Origin: Bacteroidales bacterium
GTDB taxonomy: Bacteria > Bacteroidota > Bacteroidia > Bacteroidales > VadinHA17
Direction of reading: 5' to 3'
Assembly (NCBI GenBank): GCA_046329875.1
Contig: JAXLTT010000001.1
Location: 405,226-469,225 of the forward strand
Length of the DNA: 64,000 nt
The notes below the pieces were generated by a model, which was not told the origin of the DNA, did not search any database, and saw only the letters and a list, made by a program, of their open reading frames with translations. The position numbers and the translations under genes are program-made. This document shows positions 8,574-17,791 of the stretch, one piece after another. Numbering within the stretch: the stretch's first letter is position 1; each line of letters begins with the position of its first letter.

Positions 8574-10238
8574 TTATTTCTTGTCTTTTTTATTGTATTC
8601 AATCACCTGTCCGTCTACAATTAGTCTCTCTTTCAGTTTAGAATAAGGTATCCTTGAAACAGGAACGTCATGTTCAACTGAAAGTGAAGCGAGTGTGCCT
8701 GCAACCTGTCCGAGTGACATAAAAACAGGTTCCATTCTAATCGAGCCAAAGGCAATATGAGTGGCAGAGACACAAACCGGGACAAGAAGGTTATTACATT
8801 CCCCGGCTCGTGGGAGAATTGCACCGAGGCTGATCTGGTAGGGCTTCGGAGGTTCAACCCCGAGGTCACCTTCGTTCTGAACATAACCCTCATCAGTTAC
8901 ATATCTCTGGATATTATGAGAATCCATTGTATAAGATCCCATCGCAACCGGATCGGGCACCTGCCTGTTGCTCATTATATCATTCTCCGTCATAACATAA
9001 CTTCCCTTCATTCTCCTTGCTTCCCTTACATATATATTATATGGCCAGTTGTCGTTGTCAGAAAACTCATCAGCTGAATACCCCCATTTGTTCATCTCAT
9101 CCCTTACACGTGAAGGAAGCCTTTTATCTGTACGCATAAAATAGAGTATCCCTTTCTGGTAAGTTATATGATCCTTTATTATCTCTCTTCTCCGTTCATA
9201 GCTTGCCTCGGGGTAATCCCAGTTCATGCCTATATTATCATAGCTTACAGGACCGTGATTATTCACATCTGTCTTAAGGTTAGGGATTGGATCATACTTT
9301 GCGAAGAACTCATCCCATCTTTTGTCAGAAAGTCTTACAAGAAGCTCATACCTTGAGCTGTCGTAACCTTCAGGCCGTTTGATTGGAATCTTATTAAGAG
9401 GATTTTTTGTAAGGCATAGCCTGTAGCAATACGCCTGGACTTTTTTGTCGCCGCTGCAGTTAGGTCCGGGTTTATCGGCTGAAATACCTTTAAGCAATCC
9501 GCTTTCAGGTTTTCCCGGGATTACATAAGGATCTATCTTATCCCTGAACCAGTGACCATGGTGAAATACACCGGCCTGAACCCCATTCCACTTTTCATTG
9601 TACTCTGAACATGCCTCCCTGCCGACTGTATATGAGACACCGGCTGATGCCATAAGGTCGCCTTCGTATGTTGCATCCACAAATACCTTTCCTGAAATAT
9701 ACTTCCCGCTTAGTGTTTTTATTGCAAGTATTTTACCCTTGCGCATTATAACCCCGCTGTCCCTGTCAAGCCATTCATTTCTCATTATTCTGATATTTGG
9801 CCCTGCTATCATCCTTTCAAATGACTCTTCAGCTGCAAGTGGCTCAAATATCCACATTGTCCTTTTATCCCCGTCGATCGCTGGATTTCCCTGCCCTACA
9901 TTACCATAATCTGATTTATTCTGCCATCTCCATGCACTGCTGTCTTCATAATGTTCATATATAAGCTGGTAAAATCTCCTGGCAAGGCCGCCAATAACCT
10001 CTTTGTTTCCCGTATCCGTGAAACCAAGACCAGATGATGACATCCCCCCGAGATGCTTGTCAGGTGACACCATAATAACGGAATGTCCCATTTCAGAAGC
10101 CTGTAATGCGCATGTAACTGCAGCTGATGTGCCTCCGTAGATAACCAGGTCAGCCTTATATGATGGTCCGGGATATTTCTCTGTGCACCCGCTGAATAAC
10201 AGTATAAGGGAGGTGAAAGTTAAAAGGAGCTTTCTCAT
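8574..10238 (-). CDS. FAD-dependent oxidoreductase lipoprotein (FAD_oxidored family)
   Basis: Lipobox LFSGC. Dinucleotide-binding DLVIYGGTSAAVTCALQASEMG...GGMSSSG. Confidence 0.75.
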   Translation of the reverse strand: MRKLLLTFTSLILLFSGCTEKYPGPSYKADLVIYGGTSAAVTCALQASEMGHSVIMVSPDKHLGGMSSSGLGFTDTGNKEVIGGLARRFYQLIYEHYEDSSAWRWQNKSDYGNVGQGNPAIDGDKRTMWIFEPLAAEESFERMIAGPNIRIMRNEWLDRDSGVIMRKGKILAIKTLSGKYISGKVFVDATYEGDLMASAGVSYTVGREACSEYNEKWNGVQAGVFHHGHWFRDKIDPYVIPGKPESGLLKGISADKPGPNCSGDKKVQAYCYRLCLTKNPLNKIPIKRPEGYDSSRYELLVRLSDKRWDEFFAKYDPIPNLKTDVNNHGPVSYDNIGMNWDYPEASYERRREIIKDHITYQKGILYFMRTDKRLPSRVRDEMNKWGYSADEFSDNDNWPYNIYVREARRMKGSYVMTENDIMSNRQVPDPVAMGSYTMDSHNIQRYVTDEGYVQNEGDLGVEPPKPYQISLGAILPRAGECNNLLVPVCVSATHIAFGSIRMEPVFMSLGQVAGTLASLSVEHDVPVSRIPYSKLKERLIVDGQVIEYNKKDKK

Positions 10239-10267
10239 ACTTGTTTATGTATTTTATATAATCAAAC

Positions 10268-11281
10268 TTATATTGTTTTTCTGACCCTTATTCCAAAGGC
10301 CCAGGCAGGGTTGGTTACAGTCATCAGCTTAATCTCATTTTCTGTGAATCCATCCTTCCTTAGCGCAGGAATGAGTTTCTCAAAAAGTACGGAATAACCC
10401 CTGAAATCTCCTCCCCCCGGCTTTCCCGGATCATACCATCCTGCATCATGAGAAAGCAGGACTTTGTGAAGGTAGCCTTCCGATTTCATATATCGTATGA
10501 TTGAAAACATCTCATCAACATTTTCATCATTCAGCTTATCAAGACTTATCCATGCCCCTTTTTCTGCAGCTTTTGCAAGGAGCGAAAGGTTCTTTTCATT
10601 AGCCGCGTGAACCCAGATAAATGCTGAAGGAGACACACCCTCCTTTTCAAGTATTTCAATTTCCTGGAAAGCAGGGATGGCAGGCCCTGTATGTGAGGCA
10701 ATTGTGAGTCCTGTTGCAAGATGGGTAAGCGCCGCAGCTCGTACAAGCTTCCTGTGAAAATCTGAAAGCGAATCAGGCATTACTGCAATCTTAATGAAAC
10801 CTGGCTTTATTCCTGTTCCCTTTATCCCGTTAGTCCATTCATCTGTCCAAATCCGGGCAAGATCCTCAGCACTCAATGCAAAAGCATCGCGGGGAATATA
10901 CCTGTTCTCATGGGCCCCATATAATCCTGTATTTGTAAGGATATTCAGGCCAGTGGAATCCGCAAGCATTTTTAGCAGCAGCGGATCACGGCCAAGGTAT
11001 TCAGGGGTACATTCAGCAAATGTATTGCAGCCCAACAGTTTTGCCTGGCGAAGATATGGAAGCACTTTTTTCACCACCTCAACCCTGTTGTAACTATCGG
11101 GAGATATGCTGTCGGCACCTGCAAAATCAACAAGAACATGCTCGTGAGTCAGCCACTGGCCGGCACTGCCATTTAAATATCCATTTACTGTCATTATCAA
11201 GCCGCCATCCTGCCTTGAGTTACAGGATGAAAAAAGGATTGTGATAATACAAAATAGAAAGCTCAGGAAACTATAGTTCAT
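10268..11281 (-). CDS. phosphotriesterase-family (PTE / lactonase-like) lipoprotein
   Basis: Lipobox FSSC. GQWLTHEHVLVDF metal-binding HxH motif, and a later VLLSHDAGW segment, typical of amidohydrolase-fold PTE homologues. Confidence 0.7.
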   Translation of the reverse strand: MNYSFLSFLFCIITILFSSCNSRQDGGLIMTVNGYLNGSAGQWLTHEHVLVDFAGADSISPDSYNRVEVVKKVLPYLRQAKLLGCNTFAECTPEYLGRDPLLLKMLADSTGLNILTNTGLYGAHENRYIPRDAFALSAEDLARIWTDEWTNGIKGTGIKPGFIKIAVMPDSLSDFHRKLVRAAALTHLATGLTIASHTGPAIPAFQEIEILEKEGVSPSAFIWVHAANEKNLSLLAKAAEKGAWISLDKLNDENVDEMFSIIRYMKSEGYLHKVLLSHDAGWYDPGKPGGGDFRGYSVLFEKLIPALRKDGFTENEIKLMTVTNPAWAFGIRVRKTI

Positions 11282-11496
11282 AATTACTGTTTAAGTTTTT
11301 ATAAATTTAAGATGCTTTCGGATTCGAAATGTTACAAAGTGGAATTTCTTTGAGTTGCGTGAAGTTATTAGAAAAATCATCTGAAATTAAATGTATTCAG
11401 ATTCATTAGCAGAGTTAAGCCTGTGTGTTAATCAGGTCTCAATGTATCTGAGGTGGCTCAAAACTGAGTATGCCTGGTAACCGCCCGTACAGTGTT

Positions 11497-12735
11497 TTAT
11501 TTTTTCACTGGCTTTTTTACAGCATTGACAGCTATTCTGAATGTTTTAAAGATACTCCCATTATCGAGGATCACTTTTCCGGTGGCGTCATCATAAACGT
11601 AACAATTCTCAGACCGGGCTGCTTTTTTCATATGAGGAGAGCCATACACCATTTCAATCTTCCCGCTGTTATCCTCTCCAGTAATAATATACTTCATAAT
11701 TCCCAGGCTGTCTTTTTGCTCCGCGTCCAACTTCCTTAAAGCAAAATCATCCTCATGATATCCATAGTCGGTATAGACTTCGTTCACTGTATTCCTTCCA
11801 CTCCAGGCGTAAGAATCAAGGCACCATTCAACAGCTGAAGCCGGTAGCTTAACAGGCTTTGGATTGAGCGACTCCAGGTAATATGGTACCATTTCGTAGT
11901 TGTAGTTATAAACATAAATATATCCCTTCCTGCTGCGAAGGAAGTACTTGTAGAAAACAGAAAGAAATTCCATGCCCTCCGTGCTGTACTGGTCGAACTT
12001 ATCATAGAGCTTCTTTACAGACAGTTTCGAAGCATAATTATTAGCAGTTATGAGCTCTTTGCCGGTTGCCACGTGGAATGATGGTCTTATCAGATATGAA
12101 ACCTTATCGAAACCATTTTTTGTGCTGTCTTCACTGATTATATTCCAGAACTTTCGGATTACCCCTTCATACTGTGAAAAGATAAATGACTCTGTGCTGA
12201 AGTTGCTTTCATCTGCCTGGTTAGGGTCCTCAGCCAGATATTTCGCTTTAATAAGACTGTATTCATTGTACCTGTCGGAAAGCCAGTGTGAAAACTTGTT
12301 AGCCTGCTCCCACTTTAGCCCGATAACAGGAAAATCAGTGTATTCAGGATTGAAAATATAATCGGATACAAATGATTCACCATACTTCATGTAGAAATTA
12401 AATGAAGAAGAATCTGCAAAAGGCCTGAATTCAATATTTGACCTTATAGTATCTGTGATTCCCGGCATAATATCGAGAAGAGCCTCGGGATAATTATTGC
12501 CATAAACGTACTGGGTCCATACCATAAATAATATATACTCCCTGTTTGTTACGGGCCGTGCTGAGATGTAAAATGGCTTCACAGAATCATTACCCGGAAT
12601 AAACACAAGCCACCTGGCATAATCCATTCCAAGGTAATTCTTGTGCTGGGGCTGGGCTTCAACTTTGCTTACATTTACAATTAACATCATTATCAGGACG
12701 ATAACGATTGCAATTTTCCGGCTGACGTTTTTCAT
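11497..12735 (-). CDS. secreted hypothetical protein with weak FGE-sulfatase / GldJ-like N-terminal motif
   Basis: Signal peptide. ISARPVTNREYILFMVW...NYPEALLDIMPG resembles the SUMF1/GldJ/GldK signature. The rest is unrecognised. Confidence 0.35.
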   Translation of the reverse strand: MKNVSRKIAIVIVLIMMLIVNVSKVEAQPQHKNYLGMDYARWLVFIPGNDSVKPFYISARPVTNREYILFMVWTQYVYGNNYPEALLDIMPGITDTIRSNIEFRPFADSSSFNFYMKYGESFVSDYIFNPEYTDFPVIGLKWEQANKFSHWLSDRYNEYSLIKAKYLAEDPNQADESNFSTESFIFSQYEGVIRKFWNIISEDSTKNGFDKVSYLIRPSFHVATGKELITANNYASKLSVKKLYDKFDQYSTEGMEFLSVFYKYFLRSRKGYIYVYNYNYEMVPYYLESLNPKPVKLPASAVEWCLDSYAWSGRNTVNEVYTDYGYHEDDFALRKLDAEQKDSLGIMKYIITGEDNSGKIEMVYGSPHMKKAARSENCYVYDDATGKVILDNGSIFKTFRIAVNAVKKPVKK

Positions 12736-12860
12736 TTTGAAGTGCTTTTGGGAAACCAGGAATTGAAATCCAATAAATCAAATTTAAGCAATTTTAATAG
12801 AGTAAGTCAAGTGAGGGAGTTCACAATGATTAACTTTATTGTTCCTTAAAACAGAACATT

Positions 12861-13604
12861 ATGAAACCAGGAATAAAGTCAGATTTTCTTACACTGTGGA
12901 ATAAATACTTTCCCGGGGCTGAACTGCCAATAGTTTTCTTTTATACAGATGGAGACGGAGGTGCTGAAAAATTTGAAAAGCCCGCAGGAAGAAGCTGCCT
13001 GATCTGTGAGCTTTCAAAAGTCAGGAAGGGCAGATCATTGTGGTTCAATAATGATTCTCTAGGATGCGGGGGAGCACGTCGTTATCTTGGATATACTGAT
13101 AAAATGAGACCGGGATTTGAATACTTCCTCTCGTGTGGCAATGAGAAAATGGAAGGTGAGAGATACATCCGGACCCCTGAAATGGTAAGTGAATTAATGA
13201 AAAACCAGAAAAAGCTTCCATCTGAAGGAAGGAATATTGTTTTCAAGAGATGGGACAAAATTTCAGAAGGTGACGAACCTGTTGCCGCAATATTTTTCGC
13301 GACTCCGGATGTTCTGTCCGGTTTGTTCACACTTGCTAACTTCGACCAGGTTGAACCTAATGGAACCTATACACCTTTTGGTGCAGGGTGCAGTTCAATT
13401 GTGCATTATCCTTATTTTGAGAGCCTTGAAGAAAGGCCACGGGCAGTAATCGGCATGTTCGATCCTTCTGCCAGGCCATGTGTCCCTGCCAACACCCTGT
13501 CATTTGCAGTTCCTCTCAGTAAACTTGAAAAAATGATCAGTTATATGGAGGAAAGCTTCCTCATTACAGATACATGGGAAACCGTAAAAAAGAGAATTAA
13601 TTAA
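12861..13604 (+). CDS. DUF169 family protein
   Basis: 247 aa, cytoplasmic. The CxxC...GCGGARRYLGY pattern and overall size fit DUF169 (COG2043). Confidence 0.5.
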   Translation: MKPGIKSDFLTLWNKYFPGAELPIVFFYTDGDGGAEKFEKPAGRSCLICELSKVRKGRSLWFNNDSLGCGGARRYLGYTDKMRPGFEYFLSCGNEKMEGERYIRTPEMVSELMKNQKKLPSEGRNIVFKRWDKISEGDEPVAAIFFATPDVLSGLFTLANFDQVEPNGTYTPFGAGCSSIVHYPYFESLEERPRAVIGMFDPSARPCVPANTLSFAVPLSKLEKMISYMEESFLITDTWETVKKRIN

Positions 13605-13613
13605 AGACAGAAA

Positions 13614-13643
13614 GCGCAGGGAATATTAACTTATCCCCTGCGC
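13614..13643. terminator. hairpin between convergent genes (weak bidirectional terminator candidate)
   Basis: GCGCAGGG (13614-13621) pairs with CCCTGCGC (13636-13643). No strong T-tract on either side. Confidence 0.35.
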
Positions 13644-13662
13644 ATTCCCGTATATTTCACAT

Positions 13663-16455
13663 CTACCTTAAACTTCTGCTGAGATCTATATCCTGCTTGT
13701 TCACATTCCAACCTTCAATCCTTAGTTCCGGTGTTGATTTACCGGTTATCTCCGGTGGGATGCCTGCAGTTAAATCAATTGATTCGCCCGGGGCAAGGGT
13801 GAAATAGTTACATGACCACATTACCGGTGCAAGTTCCTTACCGTCAAGAACAAGTGATGGGTTAACAAAGAATGCAACTTTCCCCGAGTTATTCATTATT
13901 GAGAAGCTCCACTTTGTTTCGTTTGCTGATCTGGTACTTCCTGTGACTTCTGCAATCAGCTCAGCCTTATCCATATTCTGAAGGGAACTGAAATCATCTG
14001 ACTGGTTGAACCAATATGTATTACGGCTTACGACAGCTCCATTTGAATTTTTCAGTTTCAACAGCACCAGTGAGGTACCTTTGTTTAATTTAAGGAAATC
14101 GGCAATTGAAGGGCCTTCCTTTGATTCAGGAGCAGCCAGTTCAACCGGCATCTCATTATGATAAATACTTTTCGAGGCAAGATCATAAATGTCCACCGAA
14201 GCAGTAAGCCCTTTTACCGGCTTATAGGTCCTGTTAATATACTCAATGTTAAGGTCTTTTGTATTCATCTGAATATGAACCGGCTCAATTGCATTCTGCA
14301 TAAAGTAATAGCCGGCATTCGGGATCAGAAACCAGTCATAAACCTGCCAGACCACGCTTGGGAATGCTGAATTTAATTTCCATAGCATGACACCGCCTAT
14401 ATCATTAATCCTGTGACCTGCAGCCTCGAAAATTCCCTGGTAACCTGTTGCATTCATTAACTGCATCTTATCAGAAAATTCCTTCATGGTTGCAGGTTTT
14501 CCATACCTTTTTACCATTTCCTCGTAGTATTTTTCATAATGCCCGTTACCGGTGCAGGCGTCATGGTAGCCCCATGAATTATTAAACGGGAATGGTAAAG
14601 ATTTATCCCAGACAAGGTTTGTTATTACCTGAGGCAGTGAGCTGAATACAGGCTGTGATGGCAGCCCGGTTTCATCTTTGAAGACCCAGTCGCCGTTGGC
14701 ATCAGCGCGCCTGTAATAATCTTTAGGATCCTGCCATGTATAAGGTCCGCCGCTGTAGACACCCGATGGTTTTCCATCAGGCCATGCACCGTCCCATCCT
14801 GCAGGGAGTTTGGCAAAACCTGAAGAGCTTGGTATGAATGGTCGTGTTCCATCCAGTTTTATTATACTGTCACGCATAGCGTAGTAAAGTTCCTTCCTGG
14901 CATGACCCTCGTTACCTCCTGTCCAGACAAGCAGGCTGGGATGGTTTCTTATCCTGTAAATCGTGCTTTCCATGTTCTTCCTGAATATTGATCCGTCGAG
15001 GGGATAATCGGGAGAACCCTTGAATTCACCCTGTGTGTCGCCTGTAACCCAGAAATCTGACCAGATCAGAAGGCCATACCTGTCGGCAGCATCCCAGAAC
15101 CAGTCTGATGGCGTTACACCGCCTCCCCAGATCCTTACAAGGTTGATCCCTGAATTTCTGCACAGCCTGAATTCATAATCATAGCGGATTGAATCGCGGT
15201 TAAGCATAAAATCAGGCACCCATGCTCCGCCGGTAATATGAAGCCTCTTTCCGTTTACATAAAAATCCCTGCGCCAGTTACCTTTAAGATCAATCGCTTT
15301 TGTGCCTACAGTCCTGACTCCGAAAAGGAATGTTTTTTCATCACTTAACCCTGAAGCGCTATAGTACTTTATCCTGATCCTGTACAATTCAGGCAATCCA
15401 TATCCGTTTGGCCACCACAATCGCGGATTTTTAAGAATCAGCTCCTTTGTATTGACCGGGTTAAAATCAATAGTCTGGGTTGTATTCTTCTTCAGGCTTA
15501 CATTCTTTGAGAATTCAATCTGTTCCCCGCTGAAAGTCTCTGGAGCAATTGTAACAACCAGCTTCCCCGACTCGTCGTTAGCTGCTGTGTTGTTCAGGTT
15601 AAATTTCAGGGATATTTTGGCAATTGAAGTGTCAGGAAGATTTGGAAGATCTGTTACAATTTTTGGCTTATCGATTGTCACTGATCCTGAGGTCCTGAGG
15701 TATACAGGTTGCCAGATACCAATATTACGGTCGCGGACAGGCGGCACCCAGTCCCAGCCAACTGAACAAAGCATTGTTACATTTTTCCCGATATCTCCTG
15801 TTGGTCCGCCGTTAGGATAAAAATCATCAAATGCTTTAAGCTGTTCGGTTGATGGCAGCCCCGGGTAATCAAGGGGATAGATCTTCACGGCAAGATTGTT
15901 CTTCTCTCCTGCCCTTATAAGGTTTGTTACATCCAGAACATACTCTGAAAACATACCGGCCATTGTGGTTGAATCGGCTACCTGCCTTCCATTAAGCCAT
16001 ACTCCTGCCCTGTAATTTATGCCTTTGAATACCAGCGAAAAATGAAGGCCTTTATCCTTGGCCGGAACAGTAAACCCGGTAATATACCAGTAAGGCTTCT
16101 TCCATGGATTGGAAAGGCCTGGCAAATGGCTGTACTGTTCAAGGTTATAGGTTTTGTTAAATTCATCCGATGCATCAGGGATAAGCATATTATTCATTCC
16201 CAGGTAAGGATCGGGATATATCTTATTTGCCACAAGGCCTGACAGAACTGTTGATGGAACTGTTACCGGCATCCAGTAAATACCCGGCTCAAAGCCTGGA
16301 GAGGATAGTTCTTCTCCGGTCTCGGAGACAAGGTATGAAGATTGCAGGAGGAATTTTGAAAGTTTCACCTGTTTAACAGTACCGGTCTGGGAACTGACAG
16401 ACAGAGGGAGAAGCATAAAAAGTATTAGGAATACGGAGGACCCTGTGATTTTCAT
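13663..16455 (-). CDS. glycoside hydrolase family 2, exo-beta-D-glucosaminidase (CsxA) / beta-mannosidase-like
   Basis: 930 aa with signal peptide. VPSTVLSGLVANKIYPDPYLG, GINYRAGVWLNG, WGGGVTPSDWFWDAADRYGLLIWSDF and TGGNEG motifs. Confidence 0.8.
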   Translation of the reverse strand: MKITGSSVFLILFMLLPLSVSSQTGTVKQVKLSKFLLQSSYLVSETGEELSSPGFEPGIYWMPVTVPSTVLSGLVANKIYPDPYLGMNNMLIPDASDEFNKTYNLEQYSHLPGLSNPWKKPYWYITGFTVPAKDKGLHFSLVFKGINYRAGVWLNGRQVADSTTMAGMFSEYVLDVTNLIRAGEKNNLAVKIYPLDYPGLPSTEQLKAFDDFYPNGGPTGDIGKNVTMLCSVGWDWVPPVRDRNIGIWQPVYLRTSGSVTIDKPKIVTDLPNLPDTSIAKISLKFNLNNTAANDESGKLVVTIAPETFSGEQIEFSKNVSLKKNTTQTIDFNPVNTKELILKNPRLWWPNGYGLPELYRIRIKYYSASGLSDEKTFLFGVRTVGTKAIDLKGNWRRDFYVNGKRLHITGGAWVPDFMLNRDSIRYDYEFRLCRNSGINLVRIWGGGVTPSDWFWDAADRYGLLIWSDFWVTGDTQGEFKGSPDYPLDGSIFRKNMESTIYRIRNHPSLLVWTGGNEGHARKELYYAMRDSIIKLDGTRPFIPSSSGFAKLPAGWDGAWPDGKPSGVYSGGPYTWQDPKDYYRRADANGDWVFKDETGLPSQPVFSSLPQVITNLVWDKSLPFPFNNSWGYHDACTGNGHYEKYYEEMVKRYGKPATMKEFSDKMQLMNATGYQGIFEAAGHRINDIGGVMLWKLNSAFPSVVWQVYDWFLIPNAGYYFMQNAIEPVHIQMNTKDLNIEYINRTYKPVKGLTASVDIYDLASKSIYHNEMPVELAAPESKEGPSIADFLKLNKGTSLVLLKLKNSNGAVVSRNTYWFNQSDDFSSLQNMDKAELIAEVTGSTRSANETKWSFSIMNNSGKVAFFVNPSLVLDGKELAPVMWSCNYFTLAPGESIDLTAGIPPEITGKSTPELRIEGWNVNKQDIDLSRSLR

Positions 16456-16610
16456 AAGGTTACTTTTTTAATAGTTAAAGCTTGTACGAGCCGCAATTTA
16501 ATAAATTAAATTCCTGCAACTGTTGATCGGCACATTTGTATATTGAAGCTTTTGTTATTTTTACTCACTTTCAAAAAATAAAGGGACAGAAAAGAATAAA
16601 ACCGGTTAAC

Positions 16611-17750
16611 ATGGAAAACAAACCTGAATCAAAAAGACTTTATTCACTCGATGCGCTGAGAGGATTTGATATGTTCTGGATTATGGGCGGAGAGGCAATT
16701 TTCGCAGGACTTGCAGCAATTACAGGCTGGCCGGTCCTTCAGTGGTGGGCATCACAGCTGGAACATGTTCCGTGGCATGGCTTCCACTTTTATGACATGA
16801 TCTTTCCATTGTTCCTCTTCATTGCAGGTATATCATTCCCGTTCAGTTATGCAAAAAGAGTATCAATAAATGAACCCAGGATTAAAATATACAAGCATAT
16901 AATCAGTCGCGGACTCATACTGGTTCTTCTTGGTATCCTGTACAATAACGGGTTGAAATTTGAACTCGGGAACCTTCGCTATGGGAGTGTTTTAGGAAGG
17001 ATTGGACTTGCATGGATGTTTGCAGCCTTAATATATGTTAATACTAACCGCACCTGGAGAATAGTCTGGTGTGCAGCAATACTTTTGTTATACTGGATTG
17101 TACTTATGCTTTTTTCAGGACACGATCCATCATCTCCGGATATCTATTCACAGGTAAATAACTTTACCAGCCATGTTGACAGGATACTTATGCCTGGCAG
17201 GCTTTACCTTGCACATGACACTAATAATATTCCTGCACCCCACGATCCGGAAGGCCTTTTCAGTACAATCCCGGCCATCGCAACTGCACTCCTGGGAATG
17301 TTCACAGGGGAATTCGTAATGTCGAAGTTCCTGCAGGAAAAACAGGTCAAAAAAGTTCTTGTAATGATTGGTGCTGCGATTGTCCTGATGGTGCTTGGAC
17401 AGGTATGGAATATCTTCTTCCCGATAAATAAAAATATCTGGACAAGTTCGTTTGTTCTGTTTGTAGGAGGTTTAAGCCTGATGCTCTTCTCGGTTTTCTA
17501 CCTTATAATAGATGTGTGGCAGTACAAAAAATGGGCTTTCTTCTTTGTTGTAATCGGGATGAACCCGATCACAATTTATCTCGTCGGGAGGATAGTAAGC
17601 TTCAGGACGGCTACAAATTTCTTCTTCGGCGGTCTTGTAAAGATACTTCCCGAAACATGGACCGGCTTTATAAACGGGGTCGGTATTGTAACAATAGGAT
17701 GGCTATTCCTCTATCTGCTGTATAAGAAAAAGATTTTCCTGAAGGTATAA
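16611..17750 (+). CDS. polytopic membrane acyltransferase, HGSNAT-like / DUF5009
   Basis: The ORF track starts at a TTG (16536). ATG 16611 gives MENKPESKRLYSLDALRGFDMFWIMGG, the family's typical N-terminus. About 10 predicted TM segments. Confidence 0.7.
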   Translation: MENKPESKRLYSLDALRGFDMFWIMGGEAIFAGLAAITGWPVLQWWASQLEHVPWHGFHFYDMIFPLFLFIAGISFPFSYAKRVSINEPRIKIYKHIISRGLILVLLGILYNNGLKFELGNLRYGSVLGRIGLAWMFAALIYVNTNRTWRIVWCAAILLLYWIVLMLFSGHDPSSPDIYSQVNNFTSHVDRILMPGRLYLAHDTNNIPAPHDPEGLFSTIPAIATALLGMFTGEFVMSKFLQEKQVKKVLVMIGAAIVLMVLGQVWNIFFPINKNIWTSSFVLFVGGLSLMLFSVFYLIIDVWQYKKWAFFFVVIGMNPITIYLVGRIVSFRTATNFFFGGLVKILPETWTGFINGVGIVTIGWLFLYLLYKKKIFLKV

Positions 17751-17756
17751 AAAGAA

Positions 17757-17784
17757 GAAGGGACATTGTATTCAATGTCCCTTC
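17757..17784. terminator. bidirectional intrinsic terminator
   Basis: Perfect 12-bp stem GAAGGGACATTG / CAATGTCCCTTC with loop TATT. A-rich before and T-rich after. Lies between convergent genes. Confidence 0.6.
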
Positions 17785-17791
17785 CATATTT

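Noticed and set aside
16536-16610. Upstream extensions of three ORFs in the track (16536, 34714, 49846).
   Set aside because: Each begins at a TTG and adds a non-signal-like peptide. Internal ATGs at 16611, 34780 and 49885 give canonical N-termini (family motif, signal peptide or lipobox).
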